In this document: piece by piece, positions 51,091 through 60,297 of the stretch | Layout: every line of letters starts with the position of its first letter | How positions within the stretch are numbered: the stretch's first letter is position 1 | Source of the DNA: Mesorhizobium sp. | GTDB lineage: Bacteria; Pseudomonadota; Alphaproteobacteria; Rhizobiales; Rhizobiaceae | DNA length: 64,000 bases | Assembly: GCA_024710845.1 (NCBI GenBank) | Contig: JANJTZ010000023.1 | Coordinates: forward strand, 12,248-76,247 | Direction: 5' to 3' | The notes under the pieces: model-generated | The model's database searches: none | What the model saw: only the letters and a program-made list of their open reading frames with translations | Told to the model about the DNA's origin: nothing | Translations under genes and position numbers: made by a program

Positions 51091-51129
51091 AGCCACCTGC
51101 AATCTCCTGTCGGGACACGCATTTTCGCG

Positions 51130-51158
51130 TTGACACAAGCGGACCGCCCGCATACATG
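51130..51158 (+). promoter_or_regulatory. Candidate sigma70-type promoter for tRNA-Leu
   Basis: TTGACA (51130-35), a 16-17 nt spacer, then ATACAT/TACATG, ending about 15 nt before the tRNA 5' end. Confidence 0.35.
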
Positions 51159-51172
51159 CGAGCCGCACACCT

Positions 51173-51257
51173 GCCCAGGTGGCGGAATTGGTAGACGCGC
51201 ACGGTTCAGGTCCGTGTGCCGCGAGGCGTGAAGGTTCGAGTCCTTTCCTGGGCACCA
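51173..51257 (+). tRNA. tRNA-Leu (anticodon CAG), class II with a long variable arm and encoded CCA
   Basis: Acceptor GCCCAGG/CCTGGGC, anticodon arm CACGG-TTCAGGT-CCGTG (CAG), long variable arm, T-arm GAAGG-TTCGAGT-CCTTT, then A-CCA. Confidence 0.9.
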
Positions 51258-51302
51258 AACTCTCGCTTCAGGCCGTCCAACAAGGTCTAGAAGTACAACA
51301 AG

Positions 51303-51328
51303 AAGCCCGGATTTCCGGGCTTTTTGTT
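51303..51328 (+). terminator. Intrinsic terminator after tRNA-Leu
   Basis: AAGCCCGG-ATTT-CCGGGCTT followed by TTTGTT. Confidence 0.65.
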
Positions 51329-51971
51329 GCTAGGCGGGCACGGTCCGGGGTGGCGCGTTGGTATCCAACCGATCAGTCCGGATCTCTGCGGCTGGATGCC
51401 GTCGCGGGCGTGCGAATGCCAGCAATAGCCCATTCCCGCCTCCGGTCGTCCAAGCCGTCGCGGCACTCCGCCAATTGAACGCGACACGTCAGGCGGCTCG
51501 AAACGGGTGAATGGCGCCCACTCGTCAGCCGCTCATTTGTCCTCTGCGAGCATAACGGCGCCGGCGGCCCGCTTCGCCGCAGGCGGCTTACCTCGATGTA
51601 AGTATCTCGTGTCGCCACAGGCTCGGGGAAGCATTGCCTTCAAGACAATCCACAGCCCGCGATGATTCGAAAGCGGCACCGCGCCGCGGTTGGACACGAA
51701 GAGATTTGACGAATGCTAGGCTATGCAAAAGACCGATCGACAATACGTCGCTAATTCTTATATATATTTTCCGGCCTCTTAATCTAAATTCTTCACGAAA
51801 AGTCCCCACCTGCGGGCACTATGAAATATTTCACGGATCGCCGACTATTTATTTTCTCTGTTTTTGGTGAAATGATAGTTTTCGCCTCCCTTTTACCATC
51901 TTTTTCCCTTGCGCAAGCATGTGGCGGGGGTATTCTCCCGGCCGCAATGAAGTCGAACCCTGGAGGACAGT

Positions 51972-53192
51972 ATGTCTAGCTTGCTGAGAGCAGCCAAGCT
52001 CACATCGATCGCGCTCGGCGTCACACTGGCGTTTATGGAGACGGGCAGCGCCCAGATTGGCAACGGCGCTCAGGCCGTCACCGGCGGGCCGTCCGGAGTG
52101 GCTTCCGCATCGGGACCGGTGGGGCCTGGCCTGAGCCGCCTTCCCATGACGACGCCGAGCGTGGTTCCCTACCTCACGTCCGGCGGGACGCCGGCAGCCG
52201 CCGACAAAGCCGGCGCATCGAACGACACCGGCGTCGGCAGCACTGCCTATGGCCTCAACGCGTCATACAAATGGCCCTACACGATCGCCCGCGTTGCGGT
52301 GACGGGCGCGCCGGTCAACACGACGAACGGTGCCCTTGTTCCGGTCGCCAGCCGTCCGTATCGCCATTCGGGCAAGCTGTGGATGCGCTTCGGGGCAAGC
52401 ACCTGGTACGTCTGCACCGCCTCGCTCATCAAGAAGGGCGTGCTGATCACCGCCGCGCACTGCGTACACAATTACGGCCAGAAGGCTGCGGGCTGGGCCA
52501 ACGAGGTCCGCTGGTACCCCGCGAACTACACCTCCACCCCGACCGGCGGCCCTTGGGGCTATTACCAGGGCGTCAACTGGCGCATCCCGGGCGTTTACTA
52601 CAACGGTACCGACACCTGCCAGTCGGGCGCGAGCGGCATCGTCTGCAACAACGACCTGGCCACGGTCACGCTCGCACCCAAGGGCGGCGTCCATGCCGGC
52701 AACTTCCTCGGCGGCTGGTACGGCTATGGCTGGAACGGGTACAGCTACATCACGACGCCGGTGTTCGGTAACACCCACGTCGCGCAGATCACCCAGATCG
52801 GCTATCCGGTCGCCATCGACAACGGCTACCAGATGCTGCGCGGCGATTCTTACGGCAAATACATCGCTATGACAGGCGCCAACGGCAAGCTGTTGAAGAA
52901 CACGCAGCTGGGTTCGGCCATGACCGGCGGTTCGTCGGGTGGTCCGTGGCTGGTGAACTTCGGCACCGCGCCGGTCGTGACCGGCGGTGCCAGCCTTGGC
53001 AACGCCGCCGTCCGCAATGTCGTCGTCGGCGTGACCAGCTGGGGCTACACCAACGTCGGCAATAACGTCCAGGGTGCATCCTGGTTCGGCCAGAACGCCG
53101 AATTCCCGAGTGCTTCCTATGGTAGCTACGGCGCAGGCAATATCGGCTTTATGGTCCAGTACACCTGTACCGGTGCTCCGGCCTATTGCTGA
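51972..53192 (+). CDS. Secreted trypsin-like serine protease (peptidase S1 family)
   Basis: 406 aa with signal peptide ...LAFMETGSA|Q. Catalytic contexts are LITAAHCV (His), NNDLATVTL (Asp) and TGGSSGGPW (Ser). GGAGG Shine-Dalgarno. Confidence 0.8.
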   Translation: MSSLLRAAKLTSIALGVTLAFMETGSAQIGNGAQAVTGGPSGVASASGPVGPGLSRLPMTTPSVVPYLTSGGTPAAADKAGASNDTGVGSTAYGLNASYKWPYTIARVAVTGAPVNTTNGALVPVASRPYRHSGKLWMRFGASTWYVCTASLIKKGVLITAAHCVHNYGQKAAGWANEVRWYPANYTSTPTGGPWGYYQGVNWRIPGVYYNGTDTCQSGASGIVCNNDLATVTLAPKGGVHAGNFLGGWYGYGWNGYSYITTPVFGNTHVAQITQIGYPVAIDNGYQMLRGDSYGKYIAMTGANGKLLKNTQLGSAMTGGSSGGPWLVNFGTAPVVTGGASLGNAAVRNVVVGVTSWGYTNVGNNVQGASWFGQNAEFPSASYGSYGAGNIGFMVQYTCTGAPAYC

Positions 53193-53216
53193 CCTGATCG
53201 GCATCTCGATCGATGC

Positions 53217-53248
53217 GGCTCCCGGTTCGTCCGGGGGCCGTTTTCGTT
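53217..53248 (+). terminator. Intrinsic terminator after the S1 protease gene
   Basis: 9-bp stem GGCTCCCGG/CCGGGGGCC (one G-U pair), loop TTCGT, then G-TTTTCGTT. Confidence 0.65.
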
Positions 53249-53368
53249 CGCGGGCTCCGCTGCCATGCGTCAGACGATGTCGCGGCGGCGACGGATTGGA
53301 ATCCGAGCGCGATTGTGGTTCACGTCACGCCCTGATTGAAGAATGAATGGCGCGAGGCGACGTTGAGC

Positions 53369-54607
53369 ATGACCAACCGAATTCTTATCGCCGGCAGCGG
53401 CCAGGCCGGCTTCCAGACCGCGGCGAGCCTACGCCAGGACGGGTTCGAGGGCGAGATCGTCATCGTCGGCGAGGAGCCGGGACTTCCCTACCAGCGGCCG
53501 CCCTTGTCGAAGACCTATCTCAAGGAAGCGAACGCCGACCGGCTGCTCTTCCGCAATGCCGATTTCTTCGAGAAGAACAGGATCGACCTGGAGGACGGGC
53601 GGACCGTCACATCCATCGACCGCGCCGAACGGACCGTGACGATCTCGGATGGCCGGACGATCGGCTACGGCCATCTTGTGCTTGCCACCGGAACCCGCAA
53701 CCGGCGCCTGCCCCTGCCGGGCATCGATCTCGGCAACGTGCTCGGCCTCCGCACTTTGGCGGACGCGGAGGTCCTCCGCCAGAAACTCGCCTCGGCGTCG
53801 CGCCTGGTGGTGGTCGGCGGCGGCTTCATCGGCCTCGAAGTGGCTGCGACGGCCCGAGCGGCGGGCCTGCGCGTGACCGTTCTCGAGGCGACCGCGCGGC
53901 TGATGTCGCGCGTCGTCTCGCCACCGATCTCGGACTATTTCCTCTCCTTCCATTCGTCGAGCGGGGTCGACGTGCGGCTCAATTCGCTTGCCCGCGCGAT
54001 ACTCGACGACGGCGCCGGCAAGGCGGGCGGCGTCGAACTCGGCGACGGGGAGCGCGTGCCGGCCGATCTCGTGCTCGTCTCAGCCGGTGTGGTGCCCAAT
54101 GCCGAGCTCGCCGAGGCGGCGGGCCTCTACGTCCATGACGGCATCCGCGTCGACGATGTGCTCGCCACGGAAGATCCCGCCATCTCCGCCATCGGCGACT
54201 GCGCCTCCTTCCCCTTCGGCCAGGACGGTCTGCAGACCCGCCTCGAATCGGTCCAGAACGCGGTCGACCAGGCGAAATGCCTGTCGCGGAGGCTGGTCGG
54301 CCATCCCGAGCGCTACGACAAGCTGCCCTGGTTCTGGAGCGACCAGGGGCCGCACAAGCTTCAGATCGCCGGATTGACGGCCGGCGCCGACCATCACGAG
54401 ATCAGGGGTGGCCTGGACGAGGGCAAGCTCTCCGTCCATTGCTTTCGCCGCGGCGAACTGATCGGCGTGGAAACGGTCGACGTGCCCGGCGACCACATGG
54501 CCGCCCGCCGGCTGCTCAGCCAGCCGTCGCCAGTGACGCTGGAGGCGGTGCGGGCATCCGGATACGACCTCGCCGCCCTGATGAAGGCTGGCGCCGCGCG
54601 AGGCTGA
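53369..54607 (+). CDS. FAD/NAD(P)-dependent oxidoreductase of the ferredoxin/rubredoxin reductase family
   Basis: 412 aa; dinucleotide motifs IAGSGQAG and VVVGGGFIGLE, and the C-terminal reductase dimerisation domain. Confidence 0.85.
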   Translation: MTNRILIAGSGQAGFQTAASLRQDGFEGEIVIVGEEPGLPYQRPPLSKTYLKEANADRLLFRNADFFEKNRIDLEDGRTVTSIDRAERTVTISDGRTIGYGHLVLATGTRNRRLPLPGIDLGNVLGLRTLADAEVLRQKLASASRLVVVGGGFIGLEVAATARAAGLRVTVLEATARLMSRVVSPPISDYFLSFHSSSGVDVRLNSLARAILDDGAGKAGGVELGDGERVPADLVLVSAGVVPNAELAEAAGLYVHDGIRVDDVLATEDPAISAIGDCASFPFGQDGLQTRLESVQNAVDQAKCLSRRLVGHPERYDKLPWFWSDQGPHKLQIAGLTAGADHHEIRGGLDEGKLSVHCFRRGELIGVETVDVPGDHMAARRLLSQPSPVTLEAVRASGYDLAALMKAGAARG

Positions 54608-54609
54608 AC

Positions 54610-54831
54610 TCAGGACGTCTCGTCGTCCTTCCGGCTGAGCTGATGCCTGTCCGGATTGAAATCGATGAAGAAGCCGTGGAACGACATCATGGCCAGTGCG
54701 CCGACGACGCAGGCCCACAGGATCGCGCCGTTCCACAGTTCGAAGATCGTCCACCCGGCGGTGAAGCCAAAGGTGGCGATGCGGATCCACAGCGGCCGGA
54801 AGAACGGGTGGTCGGTGTCGAGCAGCCTCAT
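54610..54831 (-). CDS. Small two-TM membrane protein, hypothetical
   Basis: 73 aa starting MRLLDTDHPFFRPLWIRIATFGFTAGWTIFELWNGAILWACVVGALAMMSF. Its ATG overlaps the upstream stop (ATGA, 54828-54831). Confidence 0.55.
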   Translation of the reverse strand: MRLLDTDHPFFRPLWIRIATFGFTAGWTIFELWNGAILWACVVGALAMMSFHGFFIDFNPDRHQLSRKDDETS

Positions 54832-55460
54832 CGTGGCGCCTTGACGTAGGTCTCGATGCCGACCGCGAGATTGGCCGAGCTGCTGCGGCGCTCGCGCTCG
54901 ATATGAGTCGAGAAGAAGCGCCAGAACGAGCGCGCATAGTCCAGGAAGAACTCGTCTGCCACGGCGCGGTCGCACAGCTTTGTGTTCACGCAAGATGCAA
55001 GCCGGCTCAGGAAATAGACGATCCGGTCGAACTGGTCCTGGAAATCGGCGAGCGGCATCGTCCCGCCTTCATCGGTCATCGCCTTCGAGCCGATGCTCGC
55101 CATGATAATGTCCATCTGCTCCGGCGAGGTCTGCGGGGTGATCAGGCCGGCGGACTGCCGGTTCAGTTCGCCAAGCCGCCGCTTCAGCGCACTCTGGGCC
55201 TCCTGGTATTCGGGCTTCTCCCACAGTTCGACCAGCGCGAGCGTGCGCTCGACGCGCTTGTCCTGGCGCGATTGCAGGAACTGCACCGCCGAAAACACCG
55301 CGCCGACACACAGCAGCACGCGCAGCGTGAACCCGCTCCAGGCGAACAGGAACAGCCGCCAGTCGGTCGCCTTGAACGGATTAGGCTCGTCCTTGGGCTC
55401 CTGCGTGTTCGGCAGGGGTATCCCGGTACCCGTGTCGGGAAGCTTGGCCGGCCGCTTCAT
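54828..55460 (-). CDS. Single-pass membrane protein, hypothetical
   Basis: 210 aa starting MKRPAKLPDTG. Pro/Lys-rich N-tail, one TM helix (LFLFAWSGFTLRVLLCVGAVFSAV), then about 150 aa of helical domain. ATGA overlap at 55457-55460. Confidence 0.55.
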   Translation of the reverse strand: MKRPAKLPDTGTGIPLPNTQEPKDEPNPFKATDWRLFLFAWSGFTLRVLLCVGAVFSAVQFLQSRQDKRVERTLALVELWEKPEYQEAQSALKRRLGELNRQSAGLITPQTSPEQMDIIMASIGSKAMTDEGGTMPLADFQDQFDRIVYFLSRLASCVNTKLCDRAVADEFFLDYARSFWRFFSTHIERERRSSSANLAVGIETYVKAPR

Positions 55461-55828
55461 CGGCACGTGCCGAGATCGATGCGCGCCGAGGGATCGAGGT
55501 CGATCTCGTCGGACTGCAGCTTGTCCTTCAGGCATTCGACCTGACCGCGCGACAGCAGGAACTTCGTATCCGGCTCCTCGACCGCGGCCTTGGGCTCGGG
55601 CAGCGCCAGCACGATGCTGCGGCTCCTTTCGCAGCGGCTGAGGTCGACCGCTACCGTCTCACCGGCAACCGTTTCGGGATCGCTATATTTCTCGAGGAAG
55701 CAGGTCGCCAGATCCTCGTTCATGACCACCGAATCTGCGCAGATCACGCACTCCGCGGCCTGGAGAGACGAGGCGGCCACCAGCGTCAGCACCGCAATTG
55801 CGTATCCGAGTTGCCTGAGAGCGGTCAT
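55457..55828 (-). CDS. Small secreted cysteine-rich protein, hypothetical
   Basis: 123 aa with signal peptide MTALRQLGYAIAVLTLVAASSLQA|AE. The mature part has 6 Cys. No family recognised. Confidence 0.55.
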   Translation of the reverse strand: MTALRQLGYAIAVLTLVAASSLQAAECVICADSVVMNEDLATCFLEKYSDPETVAGETVAVDLSRCERSRSIVLALPEPKAAVEEPDTKFLLSRGQVECLKDKLQSDEIDLDPSARIDLGTCR

Positions 55829-55910
55829 GTCCGTTTTCGTCCTGATCGTTCCGGGACGCGGTCGCGCGCCCCTGGATTCATAAGCGCGGTTTTCCGCAAG
55901 AGGAAGCCGG

Positions 55911-58085
55911 CTATTTCGTGGCCGGGCTGGTCTCCATCGGAAAGACCAACACCGCGCCCTTCGAACCGCGCTTGTCCTGGAAACGCTTGACGTCGCGGGT
56001 CGCCGGCGCCTTGGCGATGTCGTCGAGCAGGCCGGCGAAGCCTTCCGGCGCCGCGGCGGAGCGCGTCGCCTGCCGCACGCCCTTCTGCGCCAGATAGCCG
56101 AGGTCGAGCGTCGATGACTGCTGCTCCGCCTCGGTCAGCACCGCAATCAGCCGCTCGTTGCCGAAGCTCCCCTCCGACACGGTGAACAGCCCGGTCTCCT
56201 CCAGTTCGTCGCGCTCGTGCAGGCGTATCGGCGCCTCCGCCGAACTGATCGTGTAGTCGCTGCCGACATAGAGCACGTTGAGGTCGACCGGCTTGCGGGA
56301 TTCGTTCTTCGCCGAAACGAAGATCGAATCGCCGGGATGTAGAACGGGCACGTTGCCCGCCTGGATAGGGGTCAGCTCTTCCTCGTCCGCCCGCTGCACC
56401 GAGAAGGTGACGCTCACGTCGCCGCGGCGGAAGTCGGACGCGCCGGCAAGCCGCGACAGGTTCATTGCCCGCGAAATCACCACGAGGTCGTCGGAGAGTT
56501 TGGCGCCGAGCTTCCCGGCATCCGCCGTGAACATCGACGGCGGACGGCGGCCCTTCTCCAGGCTGATCTCTCCCGAGGGCGGCAGCAGCCACAGGGCCGG
56601 CTCTTTCGGGGCGTCTGCCACAGCGCCGGGAACGTCGCTCTCGCGCATCACCGCGAAGCGGATGTCGGCCGAAGCACCAGGCTCGACCACGCGCAGCTTG
56701 AGCGGCGTCTTGCCGTCCGCCGCGATCGCCTCCAGCGCCGCATTGGCGCGCGCGACATCCTCGGCGAGGCCTTCCACGGGCGGTGCCTTGGCGACCACCA
56801 GTTCGAAATTGATCGCCATTTCGGCAATGCGGGCATAAGCGCCGTCCGGGATCTCTTCCATGCGCAGTGCCGATCGCCCGGCAAAGGCGGCCGGTAGCGC
56901 CTGGCTCGTCAGGCTGGTCGCCGAACGCACCTCGAGATAGCCGACCGCGTCCTCGATCGGGTCGAGCGGCGATTTGAGCACGGCAAGCTTGGTGCCCGGC
57001 TCGACGCGGTGCAGCATGCCGGCCGGCAGCGCCACGACCCCGTCCTTCACGGCCACCTTCCACTGCAGCACCGCATCGCCAGGCTCCATCCCGAACACCG
57101 GCGCGTCGAGGTCGCCCTCGAACAGCGGCGTCGGCTTGGTGCGGTTGAGGCCCGAATAGTGCTGCAGGATGCCCTGGCTGAGCTGGCGGTAGGTGACGTT
57201 CGGGTTTTCCGCCAGCTTCGACATCAGCGTGTAGGTAAAAAGGCCGAAGATCCTGCCGGCCGGGTCGGTCGCAGGTTGCGGGAACTCCGGCGTGGTCTCC
57301 ACCGTCTGGGCGGCGAAGAATGCGACCATGCCGCCGCGCTCCGCGGCGCCTGCGCCGTCATCATCCTCGGACAGGCCAAGCGCATTCTCGCGCTCCGCAT
57401 CGCCCCCAGTCCCGCGCGTGGCCTCTCCGCGGGCCGCCGCCATCATCTCCGGCGTGAAGCCGAGCGATTCAGGTGAGATCTTGCGCTCCTTCTCCTCGAC
57501 GCCCATCCCCACCGCGCGCGTCGCGGTGCCGGAATGGCAGGCGTCGAAGACGACCCAGACGAAAGCCCCCTTGTCGCGGATCGCATCGAGCGCCGCGCCG
57601 ATCTCGTCGTCCATGATGGCGTTGGGGACGGTCTTGGTCGCCGGGTCGATCTTGCTGATGTCGGCGGCGAGGAAAATCTCGTCCTTGCCGTCGATTTCGG
57701 TCGCCGGATCGGCCGCGGGCTGCTGCGAGCCGTGGCCGGAGAACTGGATGTAGACGAAATCGCCTTCTTCCGCCTTCGCCGTCAGGTCCGAAAGAGCCTC
57801 CAGGATGGAGCTGCGCGTCGGCGCCTCCGCGCCTTCGGTATTGCTCGCCAAAATGGTCACGTCGGAGGCGGCGAAGGGAGCGGTGGGATTGCTGACCAGA
57901 TAGTCCCGCACCAGGCCGGCGTCGTTCTTCGGCCCTTCCAGCCAGTCGCCCTTCGGCAAGTTGGGATATTCGGAAACACCGACGATCAGCGCCCGGTTGG
58001 TGCGCGCCTCAGCCTCCAGCGTCCCGCCGCACAATGCGGCGAGCGCCGCTGTCGCAAGCAGGCTGCCCGCGCGTCTGAGACCCAT
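55911..58085 (-). CDS. Secreted caspase-fold (peptidase C14) protein with a long uncharacterised C-terminal region
   Basis: 724 aa with signal peptide ...AALCGGTLEAEA. C14 dyad contexts are YIQFSGHG (H118) and VVFDACHSG (C183). The C-terminal stretch HPGDSIFVSAKNESRKPVDLNVLYVGSDYTI resembles the DUF4384 beta-sandwich, from memory rather than a search. Confidence 0.85.
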   Translation of the reverse strand: MGLRRAGSLLATAALAALCGGTLEAEARTNRALIVGVSEYPNLPKGDWLEGPKNDAGLVRDYLVSNPTAPFAASDVTILASNTEGAEAPTRSSILEALSDLTAKAEEGDFVYIQFSGHGSQQPAADPATEIDGKDEIFLAADISKIDPATKTVPNAIMDDEIGAALDAIRDKGAFVWVVFDACHSGTATRAVGMGVEEKERKISPESLGFTPEMMAAARGEATRGTGGDAERENALGLSEDDDGAGAAERGGMVAFFAAQTVETTPEFPQPATDPAGRIFGLFTYTLMSKLAENPNVTYRQLSQGILQHYSGLNRTKPTPLFEGDLDAPVFGMEPGDAVLQWKVAVKDGVVALPAGMLHRVEPGTKLAVLKSPLDPIEDAVGYLEVRSATSLTSQALPAAFAGRSALRMEEIPDGAYARIAEMAINFELVVAKAPPVEGLAEDVARANAALEAIAADGKTPLKLRVVEPGASADIRFAVMRESDVPGAVADAPKEPALWLLPPSGEISLEKGRRPPSMFTADAGKLGAKLSDDLVVISRAMNLSRLAGASDFRRGDVSVTFSVQRADEEELTPIQAGNVPVLHPGDSIFVSAKNESRKPVDLNVLYVGSDYTISSAEAPIRLHERDELEETGLFTVSEGSFGNERLIAVLTEAEQQSSTLDLGYLAQKGVRQATRSAAAPEGFAGLLDDIAKAPATRDVKRFQDKRGSKGAVLVFPMETSPATK

Positions 58086-58252
58086 GCTACTCTCCCAAGC
58101 CCGTGCGGCATATTATCCGCAAGGGAAGGTTCATGGCAGATTGAGGCCGATTTTTGAACCGGGACAGTCGTGGTCGAGGGCGAAATGGCCTTGACCCACA
58201 ACCGGCTGCGCGGGCAAACGTCTGCAACCACGAATACAGCGAGGAAAGACGC

Positions 58253-58936
58253 ATGAACCGGACCATCATTGCGCCGTCGGTTCTCTCGGCGGACTTCTCG
58301 AAACTCGGCGAAGAGGTCGAGACGATCGTCCGCGCCGGCGCCGACTGGATCCATCTCGACGTCATGGACGGCCACTTCGTGCCCAACATCACGTTTGGTC
58401 CGCAGATCATCAAGGCGATCCGTGGCCGCACCGACAAGATCTTCGACTGCCATTTGATGATTGCGCCGGCCGACCCCTATCTCGCCGCCTTCGCCGACGC
58501 CGGCTGCGACATCATCACGGTGCATGCGGAGGCCGGCCCGCATCTCGATCGCTCGCTGCAGGCGATCCGCAATCTCGGCAAGAAGGCCGGTGTGTCGCTC
58601 AACCCGTCGACGCCGGAAAGCGTCATCGAATACGTGCTGGACCGGCTCGACCTCGTACTCCTGATGACGGTCAACCCCGGCTTCGGCGGCCAGGCGTTCA
58701 TCCCCTCCGTCGTCGAGAAGGTGAAGCGCGTCAAGGCGATGATCGGCGCCCGCCCGATCGACATCGAGATTGACGGCGGGATCACCCCGGAGACCGCGCC
58801 GCTGGTCGCGGCTGCCGGCGCTAATGTGCTCGTCGCCGGCTCGGCCGTGTTCAAGGGCGGCTCCGAAGCCTCCTACCGCGCCAATATCGAGGCGATCCGC
58901 GCCGCCTCCGATGGAGCTATGAAGAGGGCCGCCTGA
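58253..58936 (+). CDS. rpe: Ribulose-phosphate 3-epimerase
   Basis: 227 aa starting [22 protein letters not shown]...[12 protein letters not shown]...[10 protein letters not shown]. Confidence 0.95.
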   Translation: MNRTIIAPSVLSADFSKLGEEVETIVRAGADWIHLDVMDGHFVPNITFGPQIIKAIRGRTDKIFDCHLMIAPADPYLAAFADAGCDIITVHAEAGPHLDRSLQAIRNLGKKAGVSLNPSTPESVIEYVLDRLDLVLLMTVNPGFGGQAFIPSVVEKVKRVKAMIGARPIDIEIDGGITPETAPLVAAAGANVLVAGSAVFKGGSEASYRANIEAIRAASDGAMKRAA

Positions 58937-58996
58937 AAAATCGCCGCAAACGGGGCAAGAATCCGCGACTTCGGTCCGCTTCGTTGGAGACATGAC

Positions 58997-59554
58997 ATGG
59001 CTGCGATCCCACCTGTCTGCGATTTCGACTGGCCGGCCGTTGACGCGACACTCCCCGGTATTGACGGCAGGACGCACCGGCTGTTCGACCTGGCAGGGCC
59101 GAATGGGCTTGTCGTCGCCTTCGTCTGCAACCACTGCCCCTATGTGAAGGCGGTGATCGCCCGCATCGTGCGCGACGCGGCCGATCTCGAGGCGCATGGC
59201 ATCGGATTCGTGGCGATCAGTTCCAATGACGCGACGACCTATCCCGAGGATTCCTTCGACAACATGAAGCTGTTCGCGCGTCAGCACGGTTTCGGCTTCC
59301 CCTATCTTTACGACGAGACGCAGGACGTGGCGCGCGCCTATGGCGCGGCCTGCACGCCCGATTTCTTTGGCTTCAACAAGGAATTCAAGCTGCAGTATCG
59401 CGGTCGCCTCGATGCCAGCCGCAAGGAGGCCGGACCGCCCGACCTGCGCCGCGACCTCTACGAGGCGATGATCGAAGTCGCGCGGACCGGCAAAGGCCCG
59501 CGCGAACAGGTCGCGTCGATCGGCTGCTCCATCAAGTGGAAGGACGCGGCGTGA
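58997..59554 (+). CDS. Thioredoxin-fold protein (AhpC/TSA-redoxin-like)
   Basis: 185 aa with a CNHCPYV CxxC motif in a redoxin context (LVVAFVCNHCPYVKA...ISSND). Confidence 0.8.
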   Translation: MAAIPPVCDFDWPAVDATLPGIDGRTHRLFDLAGPNGLVVAFVCNHCPYVKAVIARIVRDAADLEAHGIGFVAISSNDATTYPEDSFDNMKLFARQHGFGFPYLYDETQDVARAYGAACTPDFFGFNKEFKLQYRGRLDASRKEAGPPDLRRDLYEAMIEVARTGKGPREQVASIGCSIKWKDAA

Positions 59555-60231
59555 GTGATCCCTGGCCGCGCGCGGTCCTGTTCGATCTCGACGGGACGCT
59601 GATCGATTCCGCGCCCGACCTGCACGCCTCGGTCAACATCCTGCTCATGCGGCACGGGCTCGGTCCGTTGTCGCTGCCGGACGTGGTGTCGATGATCGGC
59701 AACGGGGTGAAGAAGCTCGTCGAGCGCGCCTTCTTCGCCGTCGGCCTACCGCTGGAAACGGACGAACTCGACCACGCCTACGAGGCGATGATCGGCATCT
59801 ATGCCGACCATCTCACGGTGCTCACCGTGCTGATGCCGGGCGTGCTGGAAATCCTCGACGAGCTTCGGGCGAAAGGCATCCGCATGGCCGTCGTCACCAA
59901 CAAGCCGCAGATGCCGACCGAGGCGATCCTCGATCATTTCGGCCTGTCCGCCTATCTCGGCGCGGTTATCGGCGGCGACAGCGTGGTGGAAAAGAAGCCT
60001 GCGCCGGACATGATCTTCGCGGCGGTGGAACGGCTGGGTGTCGCGCTCGAAGATGCCGTCATGGTCGGCGACAGCCTGGCGGACGTCGGCTGCGCGCGCG
60101 CCGCCGGCATTCCCGTCATCGCGGTGCGCGGCGGCTATACGTCGGTCCCGGTGGACGAGATCGGCGCGGACTTTGTCATCGGCTCGCTCTCCGACTTGCC
60201 CGCGGCACTAGCGGCAATCCAGCCGGCCTGA
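59551..60231 (+). CDS. gph: Phosphoglycolate phosphatase (HAD superfamily)
   Basis: Contains VLFDLDGTLIDSAPDL...VVTNKP...GDSLADV. A GTG at 59551 overlaps the upstream stop (GTGA); the ORF-track start at 59536 is an alternative. Near rpe, as is typical. Confidence 0.85.
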   Translation: MSDPWPRAVLFDLDGTLIDSAPDLHASVNILLMRHGLGPLSLPDVVSMIGNGVKKLVERAFFAVGLPLETDELDHAYEAMIGIYADHLTVLTVLMPGVLEILDELRAKGIRMAVVTNKPQMPTEAILDHFGLSAYLGAVIGGDSVVEKKPAPDMIFAAVERLGVALEDAVMVGDSLADVGCARAAGIPVIAVRGGYTSVPVDEIGADFVIGSLSDLPAALAAIQPA

Positions 60232-60297
60232 CCGGCTTGGCGAGCGCCGGCTCAGCCCCCATATCTTTGCCGTGCCGCTTCACAAATCGCGGCCGGA

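Noticed and set aside
51258-53368. Integrated mobile element at tRNA-Leu (integrase plus att direct repeats)
   Set aside because: No integrase-like translation appears in any frame of 51258-51971. By eye there is no copy of the tRNA 3' end (…GGTTCGAGTCCTTTCCTGGGCACCA) downstream. Reported only as a possible decayed islet.
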